Virus record (IMG/VR): IMGVR_UViG_3300021085_000017
Span: 28,116-92,115 of that record
Length of the DNA: 64,000 nucleotides
From: a virus
Strand: one strand, 5' to 3'
Part shown: positions 49,482 to 59,231 of the stretch, in pieces
How positions within the stretch are numbered: the stretch's first letter is position 1
Layout of the letters: each line of letters starts with the position of its first letter
Position numbers and translations under genes: made by a program
The notes under the pieces: model-generated
Databases searched by the model: none
What the model was told of the DNA's origin: nothing
Seen by the model: only the letters and a program-made list of their open reading frames with translations

Positions 49482-50692
49482 CATTAAACATCAACCATTT
49501 ATATTTCAAACATTTAGGAGACTCTGAATGGTGGAAACATCTAAATTTTAATTTTAATTATTGGAATATAGATTTTAACCAGCAGATAGAATTCGGAGAT
49601 AGTAACAAACTAATATACGAGCCTAATATATCACAAGAGTTAGGAAATAAAGGTATAGACATTGTTAAAGATGGCAGTGTAGTTAAGATTATACCACCAT
49701 TTACAAGAGTTGCAATTAGCACAGTACAAGAACCTATATGTGTAACTGGTGATTACTTTTACCACGAGAATATAGATATTAATGAAAAACTGGAAATAGC
49801 AGGTGCAGACGTAGACTGTGTATGTTGGGTATCAGGTGATTATTTTGCACCAGAAAAAAATACATCTAACATCAAAACGTTCTTTGTTCCTGGATGGAAT
49901 CATTTTTACTGGGAAGAGAAATACGAAATACCAGACGAAGTTATTGATAGTCGAACATTTGACCATACGTTTCTTAGTTTCAACAGAATACACAAACCAC
50001 ATAGAATGTACTTTCTATTAAGATTGCGTGAACTAGGCATGATGGAAAACAATCTAATAAGTTGTGCCAAAACCATGGACGGTGAGACATTTGAAGAACA
50101 CATTGAATGGATTGTAAAAGACAAGGAAAACTGGAAAGATGTATACGACAAGTACAATCTTGTCAACAAAGATAAATTGAGAACAGAAGCGAACAGTTTT
50201 ATGAAGGAGTTGCCATTAGTACTTGATGTAGAAGACTTCCAAGACAATGGTTGTTTTTTTGATGATACAGTATGGAGTTCAGCATCTTTTTATCAAAACT
50301 CTTTTATGAGTGTTCTTACTGAAAGCAGTGCTGTTGGTCCAGGCTGTTACATATCAGAAGTTATATTCAAAGCAATTGTATTCATGCATCCTTTTATGAT
50401 TATAGGGCAACCAAGAACACTAGAAGTTCTTAGAGAATGGGGATTTGATACATTCGATGACGTTTTTGATAATAGTTATGACCTAGAAGATGACATGTTC
50501 AAACGCATAGAGATGGTGTTACAGCAAATGGAAATCATCAATCAATTATCACCAGAGGAATTAAAAGAGAAAACACTTGAATTGAAGGACAGATTAGTGT
50601 ATAATAAAAACAGATACTTCAGTACAGAATTTAAAGAAATAACAAAATCATATTTTGAAGATGTGTATAACTGGTTAGATAATGAGATATAA
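49475..50692 (+). CDS. Putative glycosyltransferase-like protein
   Basis: FLSFNRIHKPHR, LTES, ISEVIFK..HPFMIIG, WGFDTF; paralogue of 60533..61990. Confidence 0.5.
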   Translation: MLTLNINHLYFKHLGDSEWWKHLNFNFNYWNIDFNQQIEFGDSNKLIYEPNISQELGNKGIDIVKDGSVVKIIPPFTRVAISTVQEPICVTGDYFYHENIDINEKLEIAGADVDCVCWVSGDYFAPEKNTSNIKTFFVPGWNHFYWEEKYEIPDEVIDSRTFDHTFLSFNRIHKPHRMYFLLRLRELGMMENNLISCAKTMDGETFEEHIEWIVKDKENWKDVYDKYNLVNKDKLRTEANSFMKELPLVLDVEDFQDNGCFFDDTVWSSASFYQNSFMSVLTESSAVGPGCYISEVIFKAIVFMHPFMIIGQPRTLEVLREWGFDTFDDVFDNSYDLEDDMFKRIEMVLQQMEIINQLSPEELKEKTLELKDRLVYNKNRYFSTEFKEITKSYFEDVYNWLDNEI

Positions 50693-51083
50693 GAAAATTA
50701 AAGATAATAGTAAAACAGAAATGGTATCTGCCGACATCTTTGAAGATGACCGTGGTACAATTTTTAGTTTTCCCATTGATGACAACTTAACTGAATACAA
50801 TCTTATGGTCACCAAGAAAGGTGATGAAAGAGGATATCATTATCATCCAGAGTTCAATGAGTATATGATGGTGGTTTCGGGAAGTTGTGAGTATACTGAG
50901 TTTTCTTCTGGCGAAGACATCACTGTTAGATTATATATAGGTGATAGCATTCGTATACCAATTGGCACATCACATAAGTTTAGAGCATTAGAAGATTATT
51001 CTTTTGTGAGTATGTTAACAAAACACTGGGATAAATGTGATGACCCAATTGTGAAAGTGAACAAAAATGGAAATGCAATTTAA
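50682..51083 (+). CDS. Cupin-fold (RmlC/FdtA-like) sugar isomerase/epimerase
   Basis: DDRG, RGYHYH, E..VVSG, IPIGTSH. Confidence 0.7.
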   Translation: MRYKKIKDNSKTEMVSADIFEDDRGTIFSFPIDDNLTEYNLMVTKKGDERGYHYHPEFNEYMMVVSGSCEYTEFSSGEDITVRLYIGDSIRIPIGTSHKFRALEDYSFVSMLTKHWDKCDDPIVKVNKNGNAI

Positions 51084-51873
51084 ATTCGATAACAACGAAA
51101 CCCTAACACTTGATGTATTCGACACGGAAACGAATCGGAGAGTATTAGAACTTTGTAAAGAATGTAAAACAAATAATGTTGGAGTATATCAAAGGCGAAT
51201 GATAGCAGAAATAGGACGCTCTTATGATGGTCATTGGATGGCAAAAACATCAGTTAGTGCGTTAGATAATATAAGAAAAGGTTTTGAATACACTGGCATT
51301 GAACCACCTGTTAAAATTGGTAATTCATTAACTATTGAAGAATGTAATATACTACATAGAGTGTTTACAACAAAAATTAAAGATAAAAAATATGATAGAC
51401 AAGTTTTGCATTTAATCAATCACGGTGTACATGAATATGAAGATTCTTTAGTCACTCCTAATTATATGAAGATACAACCAACTGTTGGCGAAGATTACAT
51501 TCTTGGATTTGAGGTTGACGATTCGGTACAAAACATGTCAAAGTATACTTTTAATATACGTGATGAACATGGCAATATGTCCGCTGATGTATATTTGAAT
51601 GACGAATGTAGAGTTGGAAGAAGTTATGAAGAAGCATGGGCACAAGATGATAATCCTAGTAACTCGGATATAATGAATATAGATGGCGTAGGTCCTATAT
51701 TTCTTTTTCAGAATGAAAGACGTAAGAAACTATATAGTAGTGATTCTTTTCGTAATTGGATAGGAAAATATAACATTACAGAAAAAGAATACGCTGATGT
51801 TCCATTTGCGAATATAGTAGATGGTAATTATGAAAACGCCATTACTGGAAATTTGACAGAGATAACATGCTAA
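51067..51873 (+). CDS. Hypothetical protein
   Basis: In-operon ORF; CNILHR, INHGVHEYE. Confidence 0.6.
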   Translation: MEMQFKFDNNETLTLDVFDTETNRRVLELCKECKTNNVGVYQRRMIAEIGRSYDGHWMAKTSVSALDNIRKGFEYTGIEPPVKIGNSLTIEECNILHRVFTTKIKDKKYDRQVLHLINHGVHEYEDSLVTPNYMKIQPTVGEDYILGFEVDDSVQNMSKYTFNIRDEHGNMSADVYLNDECRVGRSYEEAWAQDDNPSNSDIMNIDGVGPIFLFQNERRKKLYSSDSFRNWIGKYNITEKEYADVPFANIVDGNYENAITGNLTEITC

Positions 51874-52472
51874 ATCCATTTGACAAAGTACATGAGTTCG
51901 AAAGAATAGTAGCCGAGTATGCTAATGCTCCTTATAGCATTGCAACAGACTGTTGCAGTCATGCTATTTTTTTAAGTGCTATATACTATAAGAAGAAACA
52001 TGGAACTTGTACTGTTAAAATACCAAAGCACACTTATGTTAGTGCGCCTATGCAAATGATACATGCTGGGTTTGGTGTTGAATTCACAGACAGACAATGG
52101 TCTGGTGTATATCCAATTGAACCAACAAATATTGTAGATGGTGCTCCTCGCTTTACTGAGAATATGTATATCAAGGGAACTTACCAATGTTTGAGTTTTC
52201 AATTTAAGAAAATACTAAGCACTATTAAAGGTGGAATGATACTCACTGATGATAAAGATTTCTATGATTGGGCCCAACGTGCAGTGCATGATGGCAGAGA
52301 TATGAGCGTACCATACGAAGATGACAAGATGACAGTTTTAGGATATCATATGTTTATGACACCAGAGACTGCGGCTATGGGTCTTGAAAACTTTAAGAAG
52401 ACGAAAACAGTTAACAAAGATATTGCAGGGTCATATACGTATCCCGATATCAGTTACATAAAGGATTTATAA
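51867..52472 (+). CDS. Short DegT/DnrJ/EryC1/StrS-family PLP protein
   Basis: FERIVAEY, DCCSHA, SFQFKKIL..IKGGMILTDD. Confidence 0.75.
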   Translation: MLNPFDKVHEFERIVAEYANAPYSIATDCCSHAIFLSAIYYKKKHGTCTVKIPKHTYVSAPMQMIHAGFGVEFTDRQWSGVYPIEPTNIVDGAPRFTENMYIKGTYQCLSFQFKKILSTIKGGMILTDDKDFYDWAQRAVHDGRDMSVPYEDDKMTVLGYHMFMTPETAAMGLENFKKTKTVNKDIAGSYTYPDISYIKDL

Positions 52473-53671
52473 TGGCAAATATAAAACAAATAGAACAATG
52501 CAGAAGTTGTGACAGTAAAGAACTCACTACTGTATTTGATATTGGTGATTTGAAAATTAATGCATTTGTCAAAGAACCAAACTTAGATGTAGGAACAGCA
52601 CCACTTACCTTAGTGCATTGTGAAGAATGTGACCTAGTTCAACTGACACATACTGTAAGAGAAGAAGACTTATATAAAAATTATTGGTATCTATCTAGGT
52701 TGAACAAAAAGATTGTTGATAACTTAGAGAGCATAACAGTAGACGCATCATATGAAGTGGAACTAAATGACGATGACTTGGTTGTTGACATTGGTGCAAA
52801 TGATGGAACACTTCTAAGTTTTTATCCTGATAACGTGATAAAAGTTGGAATTGACCCGGCACAGAATATTCACAATGAATTGAAAGAGAACTGTGATATT
52901 ATGATAGGTGACTTCTTTAACAGGGAGAACTGGGACAAACAAATCGGCGACTGGTATGGTCCAGTAAAGATTGTAACTACTGTTGCTATGTTCTATGACT
53001 TAGATAATCCAAACGAGTTCGTACAAGATATCAAACACATATTACATGAGAGTGGCGTATGGGTTTGTCAATTGATGACAGCAAGACCAATGTTAGATAC
53101 AAATGACTTAGGTAATGTGATACATGAACACATCGAATACTATTCATACAAAGCATTAGTAAACTTATTAGAACGTAATGGATTAGAGATATATCAAGTA
53201 CGTGAGAATGATATTAATGGTGGCAGTTATCAACTTTATATTCAACACTTGAATGAAGGTAGTTGTGAGTATGAAGAGAATTGTTCAGTAGAACGATATG
53301 ATACTTGGAAAGCGAACATCGATAAGAACCGAGATGAGACTATGAACTTCTTACGTTCAGAAGTAGCAGATGGCAAGAAAGTTTATATCATGGGTGCTAG
53401 TACTAAGGGTAACACAATCATGCAATACTATGGACTAGATAGTGATGTGATTAGTGGTGCCGCTGAGATACATCCAGATAAGATTGGTAAGTATCTAGTT
53501 GGCAGTAGTATTCCTATTGTACATGAAGACGAAGCAAAAGAGAAAGCAGATTACTTCTTAGTATTCCCATTTCATTTTAAAGAACTGTTTGTTAATAGAA
53601 TTTTAAAAGACTGGATTGAAGACGGTGGTAAACTTGTATTCTGTACACCAGAGTTTGAGGTAGTAGGCTAA
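52472..53671 (+). CDS. NDP-hexose C-methyltransferase
   Basis: CRSC/CEEC Zn domain, DIGANDG, HEH.EYYS, NGGS, GASTKGNT. Confidence 0.85.
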   Translation: MANIKQIEQCRSCDSKELTTVFDIGDLKINAFVKEPNLDVGTAPLTLVHCEECDLVQLTHTVREEDLYKNYWYLSRLNKKIVDNLESITVDASYEVELNDDDLVVDIGANDGTLLSFYPDNVIKVGIDPAQNIHNELKENCDIMIGDFFNRENWDKQIGDWYGPVKIVTTVAMFYDLDNPNEFVQDIKHILHESGVWVCQLMTARPMLDTNDLGNVIHEHIEYYSYKALVNLLERNGLEIYQVRENDINGGSYQLYIQHLNEGSCEYEENCSVERYDTWKANIDKNRDETMNFLRSEVADGKKVYIMGASTKGNTIMQYYGLDSDVISGAAEIHPDKIGKYLVGSSIPIVHEDEAKEKADYFLVFPFHFKELFVNRILKDWIEDGGKLVFCTPEFEVVG

Positions 53672-54186
53672 TGTTATTGACAAGTGAAAATATGATAGGT
53701 AAGAAAGCACATCCAATTGACGATGTTAAGGGCGTAAGACTAGTAATGATTATTTGTAACCATTGTCCTTATGTCTTGTTTAGAATGCCGGCAATATCAA
53801 AGATAGTAAAAGAGTACAACGATAGAGTGCATTGTATTGCAGTCAACAGTAACGATGCAAGTCCAGATACAGACGATAGTAGTCCAGAAGATGCACCAGA
53901 GTTTATGGAAGATTTTAAGAATAAGTATGGATTGGCATGTGATTATATATTCGATGAAGACCAAAGTATAGCAAAGGCATATGGTGCAGTTTGTACTCCA
54001 GAGTTTTATGTTATTGACGAAGATGATACTATTGTGTATCATGGCGAACTAGACCCAAGTCATACAAGCAATGATTTGATGCCAACAGGTAGCAGTCTAC
54101 GTCATGCATTAGATTTAACATTAGCAGGCAAGTCAATTGATTGGGAACCAAACCCATCATTTGGTTGTAGTGTAAAGTGGAAATGA
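53671..54186 (+). CDS. Thioredoxin-fold peroxiredoxin-like protein
   Basis: ICNHCPY, A.CTPEFY, SFGCSVKW. Confidence 0.85.
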   Translation: MLLTSENMIGKKAHPIDDVKGVRLVMIICNHCPYVLFRMPAISKIVKEYNDRVHCIAVNSNDASPDTDDSSPEDAPEFMEDFKNKYGLACDYIFDEDQSIAKAYGAVCTPEFYVIDEDDTIVYHGELDPSHTSNDLMPTGSSLRHALDLTLAGKSIDWEPNPSFGCSVKWK

Positions 54187-54767
54187 ATGAGTATTATAAA
54201 ATAATAAGTCCACTTTTTTCTATTATAAAAGACAAGACAGTACTAGAATATGGATGCTTCATAGGTGATTGGTGGCAAATGTTTGAACTTCATTCACCAA
54301 AGAAAGTGACAGCGATTGACCCACGAAGGCATCCTGATATTGAAAGTAATATCATTAAGTATAATCACTTTGTAGATTTCAAACAGATTGGTTATGAAAG
54401 TTTAGAAAAAGACACAGAACATGATGTGATTGTTTGTGCGGGTGTGTTATATAAAATGTCTAGTCCATTCCATTTAATTGAAGACATAGTAAGTAGAAAT
54501 CCTGAACACATATTGTTTGAAACAACAGGCAGATATGAAGAAGAAACACAAAATCTGATATCTCTTATCAGATGGGAAGACAATGGTAGTAATAGAAATT
54601 GGAACGAAGACATTAAGAGATTACAATGGTCATTGAGTATCAAACCAAGAACTGTGGTGGAAGCATTTGAGTTTCTAGGTTATGATTTTGAAACTCATAT
54701 AAATATTCAATGTGAAGAGTATCCTTCAAAACAAAACGTATCAATGATGAAATTTATAAGAAAATGA
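54183..54767 (+). CDS. Class I SAM-dependent methyltransferase
   Basis: VLEYGCFIG, AID, DVIVCAGVLY. Confidence 0.7.
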   Translation: MNEYYKIISPLFSIIKDKTVLEYGCFIGDWWQMFELHSPKKVTAIDPRRHPDIESNIIKYNHFVDFKQIGYESLEKDTEHDVIVCAGVLYKMSSPFHLIEDIVSRNPEHILFETTGRYEEETQNLISLIRWEDNGSNRNWNEDIKRLQWSLSIKPRTVVEAFEFLGYDFETHINIQCEEYPSKQNVSMMKFIRK

Positions 54768-55555
54768 AAATAGGATTAGTAGGATTAGGAGTAGTTGGCA
54801 AAGCATGTAAGACTGGCTTTGAACATTGTGGGTACACAGTTATACCACATGACATTACACTTGACACAAAAATAGAAGACTTATTAGAGGCAGAGATTGT
54901 TTATCTATGTGTACCTACGCCGACAAACGACAAAGGTGAATGTGACACAAGTATTGTAGAAAGTGTTGTTGCTGAGTTGCGTCAAGCAAACTACGAAGGC
55001 GTAATAGGTATTAAGTCAACAGTAGAACCAGGAACAACAGAGAGATTAATCTCAGAGTATGATGATAGAATTGTATTTGTTCCAGAGTTCTTAAAAGAAC
55101 GAAGTGCAGAGTATGACTTTATATTTGACCACAAGTTGTTACTAGTTGGAACAGACAATGTAAACTATTACTATCTCGTACAACGTTCACATGGTAAACT
55201 GCCAGAAGATATTATGAGAGTTTCACCAACAGAAGCAGAACTGATGAAGTATTATCACAATACATTCAATGCGTTGCGTGTAGTATTCTCTAATGTAATG
55301 TTTGAGATAAGTGATAAGATGGATGCAGATTACGATAAAATAAAAGAAGCATTCTTACGTAACACTGATTTGCCAGATGAGTACTTGGATGTTAAGCCAG
55401 AACTCAGAGGATACGGCGGTGCTTGTTTACCGAAAGATGTACTAGCGATGAACAACGCATGTAAGAAACTAGGCATACCAAATAAACTATTTGAGTATAT
55501 TGATAAAGAAAATAAACTGTTTAAGAAAACAGTGTTTGAGGGTATGAGAAAATGA
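54764..55555 (+). CDS. UDP-glucose/GDP-mannose dehydrogenase-family protein, short form
   Basis: GLGVVG, VPTP, KSTV.PGT, PEFL.E, GYGGACLPKD; 263 aa. Confidence 0.85.
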   Translation: MKIGLVGLGVVGKACKTGFEHCGYTVIPHDITLDTKIEDLLEAEIVYLCVPTPTNDKGECDTSIVESVVAELRQANYEGVIGIKSTVEPGTTERLISEYDDRIVFVPEFLKERSAEYDFIFDHKLLLVGTDNVNYYYLVQRSHGKLPEDIMRVSPTEAELMKYYHNTFNALRVVFSNVMFEISDKMDADYDKIKEAFLRNTDLPDEYLDVKPELRGYGGACLPKDVLAMNNACKKLGIPNKLFEYIDKENKLFKKTVFEGMRK

Positions 55556-56445
55556 AAATACTAATAACTGGCGCCTCTGGATTTATCGGTCAAGCATTAG
55601 CAAAGCAACTAGAGAATAGTGAGCATGATGTTAGATTAACCGATATACATGAGCCTGCTAACACATACGGACACATTTTTGACACATGTGATTTGACTGA
55701 CAATGAAAGAGTGGCATCTTTACCTGAAGCAGATATAGTTTATCATTTGTGTGCATACAATAATACCGCACACTTCTATACAAAGCCATTGTCTGTTATA
55801 GATAGTACATTGACTCCTACAGTAAATCTAATTCATAGATACAAGCATTCGAAAACGAAGTTCGTATATGCAAGTAGCAGTGAGATTTATGCTGGTGGTG
55901 TCCAACTGGGTATCACAGAAATACCGACACCAGAAATCAATGTAGGTGTAATCAACGAAATAGACAACACAAGATGGAGTTATGCTGGTAGTAAACTTAT
56001 GGGTGAGATTGCGGTACATGCCGCACATGAAGAATACGGACTAGAGTATGTTATTATTAGATATCACAATGCGTATGGCAAAGACCAAAAGAACCATTTT
56101 ATTCCTGAATATGCTGATAGACTAAGAGAAGGTGATAATGTATTATTTGGACACGATGAAACTCGTGCGTTTATCTATATCGATGATGCCGCAGAACTAA
56201 CTCTTGCAGTTGGAGAAAAACTCAACAACGATACAATTCATATTGGTAATCCAATAGAGAGTTCGATAGGAGACGTAGCAAAGATTGTGCGTGAGATTAT
56301 TGGAGTTGATAGAGAACCAACATACAAAAACGCACCTGCTGGAAGTGTTTCCAGAAGATGCGCCGATGTTTCTAAAATGTTGTCTTTAGTTGGTGATTAT
56401 GAATTCACTTCACTTAAAGACGGGTTAATCAAAACACTAACTTAG
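55552..56445 (+). CDS. NAD-dependent sugar epimerase/dehydratase
   Basis: TGASGFIG, YASSSEIY, YAGSK. Confidence 0.88.
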   Translation: MKILITGASGFIGQALAKQLENSEHDVRLTDIHEPANTYGHIFDTCDLTDNERVASLPEADIVYHLCAYNNTAHFYTKPLSVIDSTLTPTVNLIHRYKHSKTKFVYASSSEIYAGGVQLGITEIPTPEINVGVINEIDNTRWSYAGSKLMGEIAVHAAHEEYGLEYVIIRYHNAYGKDQKNHFIPEYADRLREGDNVLFGHDETRAFIYIDDAAELTLAVGEKLNNDTIHIGNPIESSIGDVAKIVREIIGVDREPTYKNAPAGSVSRRCADVSKMLSLVGDYEFTSLKDGLIKTLT

Positions 56446-57857
56446 TCCTTCTTTGAAATTAGATGCTTAGTTTGGTGTGGCATCAATAACTCTAAGTTTG
56501 ATATATCACCATTGTTTAGTAATACAGAACCATTAGTGCGTGGTCTATGTGCATGTAAGAATACATCCATATCACCATCATCGTCTAAGTCTCTAAACTT
56601 AATTGAGAGAATGTGATTGTTCCATGGGTTAGCCTCAGAAGACGCAACATAGCCCTCGGGTGCTGGAAGCACTTCAATTATACCATGAGATTTGAACTTC
56701 TTATTGCCCAAGTTTTCAATTACACTTACCGCAGTACCGCCATAAAGATATCCTGCTCTACTTAACACCAAATCTAAGTCTCCGTCACCATCTATGTCTC
56801 CCATTGATGCTTCTGGTACATTAAAGTAAACTTCACCATGTTGTGGTAGATGTGTAGTGTTGTGTTTGCTAAAGTTACCTCTGCCGTCATTCCAGATAAT
56901 TCCAGTAATCATACAATGTTTACATTCTGATTTTTCTAATCCACCTGTGAACAAATCTAAATCACCATCACCATCCAGGTCACCAAGTTCAATTCCAAAA
57001 GCAAAATGACCACCACATCCACGTTTCTTAAGAAAGCCTGTGCCGTCATTCATCCAGCACATCAATCTATGAGATTGTCCATGTGAAGTTGGACCAGTAA
57101 AAGTAACAACAACGTCCATGTCACCATCGCCATCAATGTCGCCATTAGCACCACCGTGACTGAAACCCATAAAGTTAGAATGACTTAGGTGTGTATCAGA
57201 TGATTCCAACCAAGTACCATTCGGCTGACTTAGATAATAACTATCAGGCCAACCATCATCACCACCAGTTCCGTGGTCGTTGATGAAGAAATCTAAAATA
57301 CCATCATTGTTATAATCGGCAACTTGTGCCCCTTTACCTAAAGATAAACCTGGGTCTTCACGGTTATCAATGATAAGGGCAGACCTTTTAAGTGGCCCAC
57401 TTTCTGAACCCAACCATAACTCAGGCATTTGCTTTGGTCCTGGACATGCTTTTGATTCGCATAGATGTCCTGTTCGTTGATATCTTTTTTTCTCTTCTTC
57501 CGTGGTCTCATACTTCATACCACCGATGTATAGAAAGTCTGTGTAACCATCTTTATTAAAGTCATTAGCATGCCATGTATCTTTATGCATGAACCTGTAA
57601 AATCCAACAGTTGGTGCAGAATACCATCCTTTATTGGGGTCGTTCTCAGTATCAATACCCGCTCTCGCTGTCACTGTTGTTTTACCAGATTTTGACTTAA
57701 TAGCATTGCCATTTTCTGGACATTTGTAAACCCAGTATCCACCGGCATCAACTTTCACTGCCTCGACTCCATTTCCACATGAAGGTTGGGCTAGTGTTGC
57801 GCCTGTACATCCCCATAGCGACATTGCTACTAGAGTAAATGCTAACATCTTGTTCAT
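56442..57857 (-). CDS. Secreted or lipoprotein FG-GAP/VCBS repeat protein
   Basis: Signal peptide ending SLWGC; repeated DxDGDGDxD motifs. Confidence 0.8.
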   Translation of the reverse strand: MNKMLAFTLVAMSLWGCTGATLAQPSCGNGVEAVKVDAGGYWVYKCPENGNAIKSKSGKTTVTARAGIDTENDPNKGWYSAPTVGFYRFMHKDTWHANDFNKDGYTDFLYIGGMKYETTEEEKKRYQRTGHLCESKACPGPKQMPELWLGSESGPLKRSALIIDNREDPGLSLGKGAQVADYNNDGILDFFINDHGTGGDDGWPDSYYLSQPNGTWLESSDTHLSHSNFMGFSHGGANGDIDGDGDMDVVVTFTGPTSHGQSHRLMCWMNDGTGFLKKRGCGGHFAFGIELGDLDGDGDLDLFTGGLEKSECKHCMITGIIWNDGRGNFSKHNTTHLPQHGEVYFNVPEASMGDIDGDGDLDLVLSRAGYLYGGTAVSVIENLGNKKFKSHGIIEVLPAPEGYVASSEANPWNNHILSIKFRDLDDDGDMDVFLHAHRPRTNGSVLLNNGDISNLELLMPHQTKHLISKKD

Positions 57858-57891
57858 ATTATATACCTCTCATCATTGTTAATATACATAT

Positions 57892-57919
57892 ATTATAGCA
57901 CTGATTCGGGATTTGTCAA
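57892..57919 (-). promoter_or_regulatory. sigma70 promoter with GANTC in spacer
   Basis: TTGACA-AATCCCGAATCAGTGC-TATAAT. Confidence 0.7.
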
Positions 57920-57932
57920 GTTTTTAGAGTAA

Positions 57933-59231
57933 TTAGTACCAGTTTTTTGATTTGTTATACAATGTATCTGCTATCTTACCCGTGCCCTTTGTGTTCCAAT
58001 GCCCATCATTCTTTATTTTGTAAATGTCATCCCATAGTCTAAAGTCTTTGATATCACCCCAAATAACATTTTTATGAATACTTATAAAGTTATTAATAAG
58101 GTACCGCTCTTTTTCAGACAGCAAGTCAAACGTATCGAAAAAGAATACATTAAATCCATAAGTATTTGACATATGTATAATTGACATAATGAACGATTCT
58201 AACTTTGCCATTGAATCTTTTTTAGACACCAACTGTTCAAATCGTTTATGTGCATATTTAAAAACATTATTCATTTCTTTTGGTACAGATGAGGGGACAT
58301 AGAAGAATGGATGTAAACTTCTGCCTGGTCTACAGACTTCGGCTAAGTCATAAACTGTATCATCCCATCCCACACTAGGGTCAGTTGGCCAGTAGTTTTC
58401 TCTCATAATATCAGATATGCCAACATAAACTGTGTCTACTTTTTTACCATATGAATTACACCATTGTTGTAAACGTAAAAGAGAAAATGTATTATTCGCT
58501 CCTGGCAGGGATAAATTAAAACATGAATACTCATCTGAGTTTACATGATTACTAAATTGACTTGCTAAATCATCTTCTCTTTTTAATCCATGACCAAAGA
58601 TAAAACTATCACCTAGAAATAGTATATGTTTGTTTTTGCTAATAGTTTCTTCATTTATTATACTTCTGGAATGATAATCGTTCTCCCACTTCTCTTCACC
58701 AACAACTTCGCCTTCATCATTTTTAACTTCAGATGCAAAGAAGCCATTGTGTTGCCACCAACAATCAGGTCTAGCAAATGAACTCCACTTTTGTAAATCG
58801 TGGTGAAACTTACAATAGATATCAGAACTCTTTATTATACTTGATAGGTTATCGGTGTTAACATTCTTTTCGCTATCCCACCAATCAACTTCCTTGCTTG
58901 ATGGATACTCAAACATTTGATTAGTATCTTCGTACCTGCTCTCTTGTATAGTATTTAAAAATATACTATAGTCAGCATCAAATATTTTTCTTGTTTCATT
59001 AGTAGGACAAACAAAGTCAACAACAACAGTAAAGCCTTGAGAAACTAACTCATCAGCCATATCTCTCATTCTTTTTGCTTGCCTTAATCTACCTTCTGGT
59101 GAAAAGTCCCAGTCATTTAATCTTTTTCTTTCTTCATCTGCATTTATTCTTTCTGCATCTAAGATAGTTCCTAACTTGTCTGCTAGTGTAGTTTTGCCAC
59201 TGCCCGGCAGTCCAAAGATTAATATCTTCAT
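57933..59231 (-). CDS. Adenylylsulfate kinase-like domain fused to SGNH hydrolase-like domain
   Basis: GLPGSGKTT, DWDFSPEGR, DFVCPT; C-half FLGDSFIFGHG...DGHW. Confidence 0.7.
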   Translation of the reverse strand: MKILIFGLPGSGKTTLADKLGTILDAERINADEERKRLNDWDFSPEGRLRQAKRMRDMADELVSQGFTVVVDFVCPTNETRKIFDADYSIFLNTIQESRYEDTNQMFEYPSSKEVDWWDSEKNVNTDNLSSIIKSSDIYCKFHHDLQKWSSFARPDCWWQHNGFFASEVKNDEGEVVGEEKWENDYHSRSIINEETISKNKHILFLGDSFIFGHGLKREDDLASQFSNHVNSDEYSCFNLSLPGANNTFSLLRLQQWCNSYGKKVDTVYVGISDIMRENYWPTDPSVGWDDTVYDLAEVCRPGRSLHPFFYVPSSVPKEMNNVFKYAHKRFEQLVSKKDSMAKLESFIMSIIHMSNTYGFNVFFFDTFDLLSEKERYLINNFISIHKNVIWGDIKDFRLWDDIYKIKNDGHWNTKGTGKIADTLYNKSKNWY

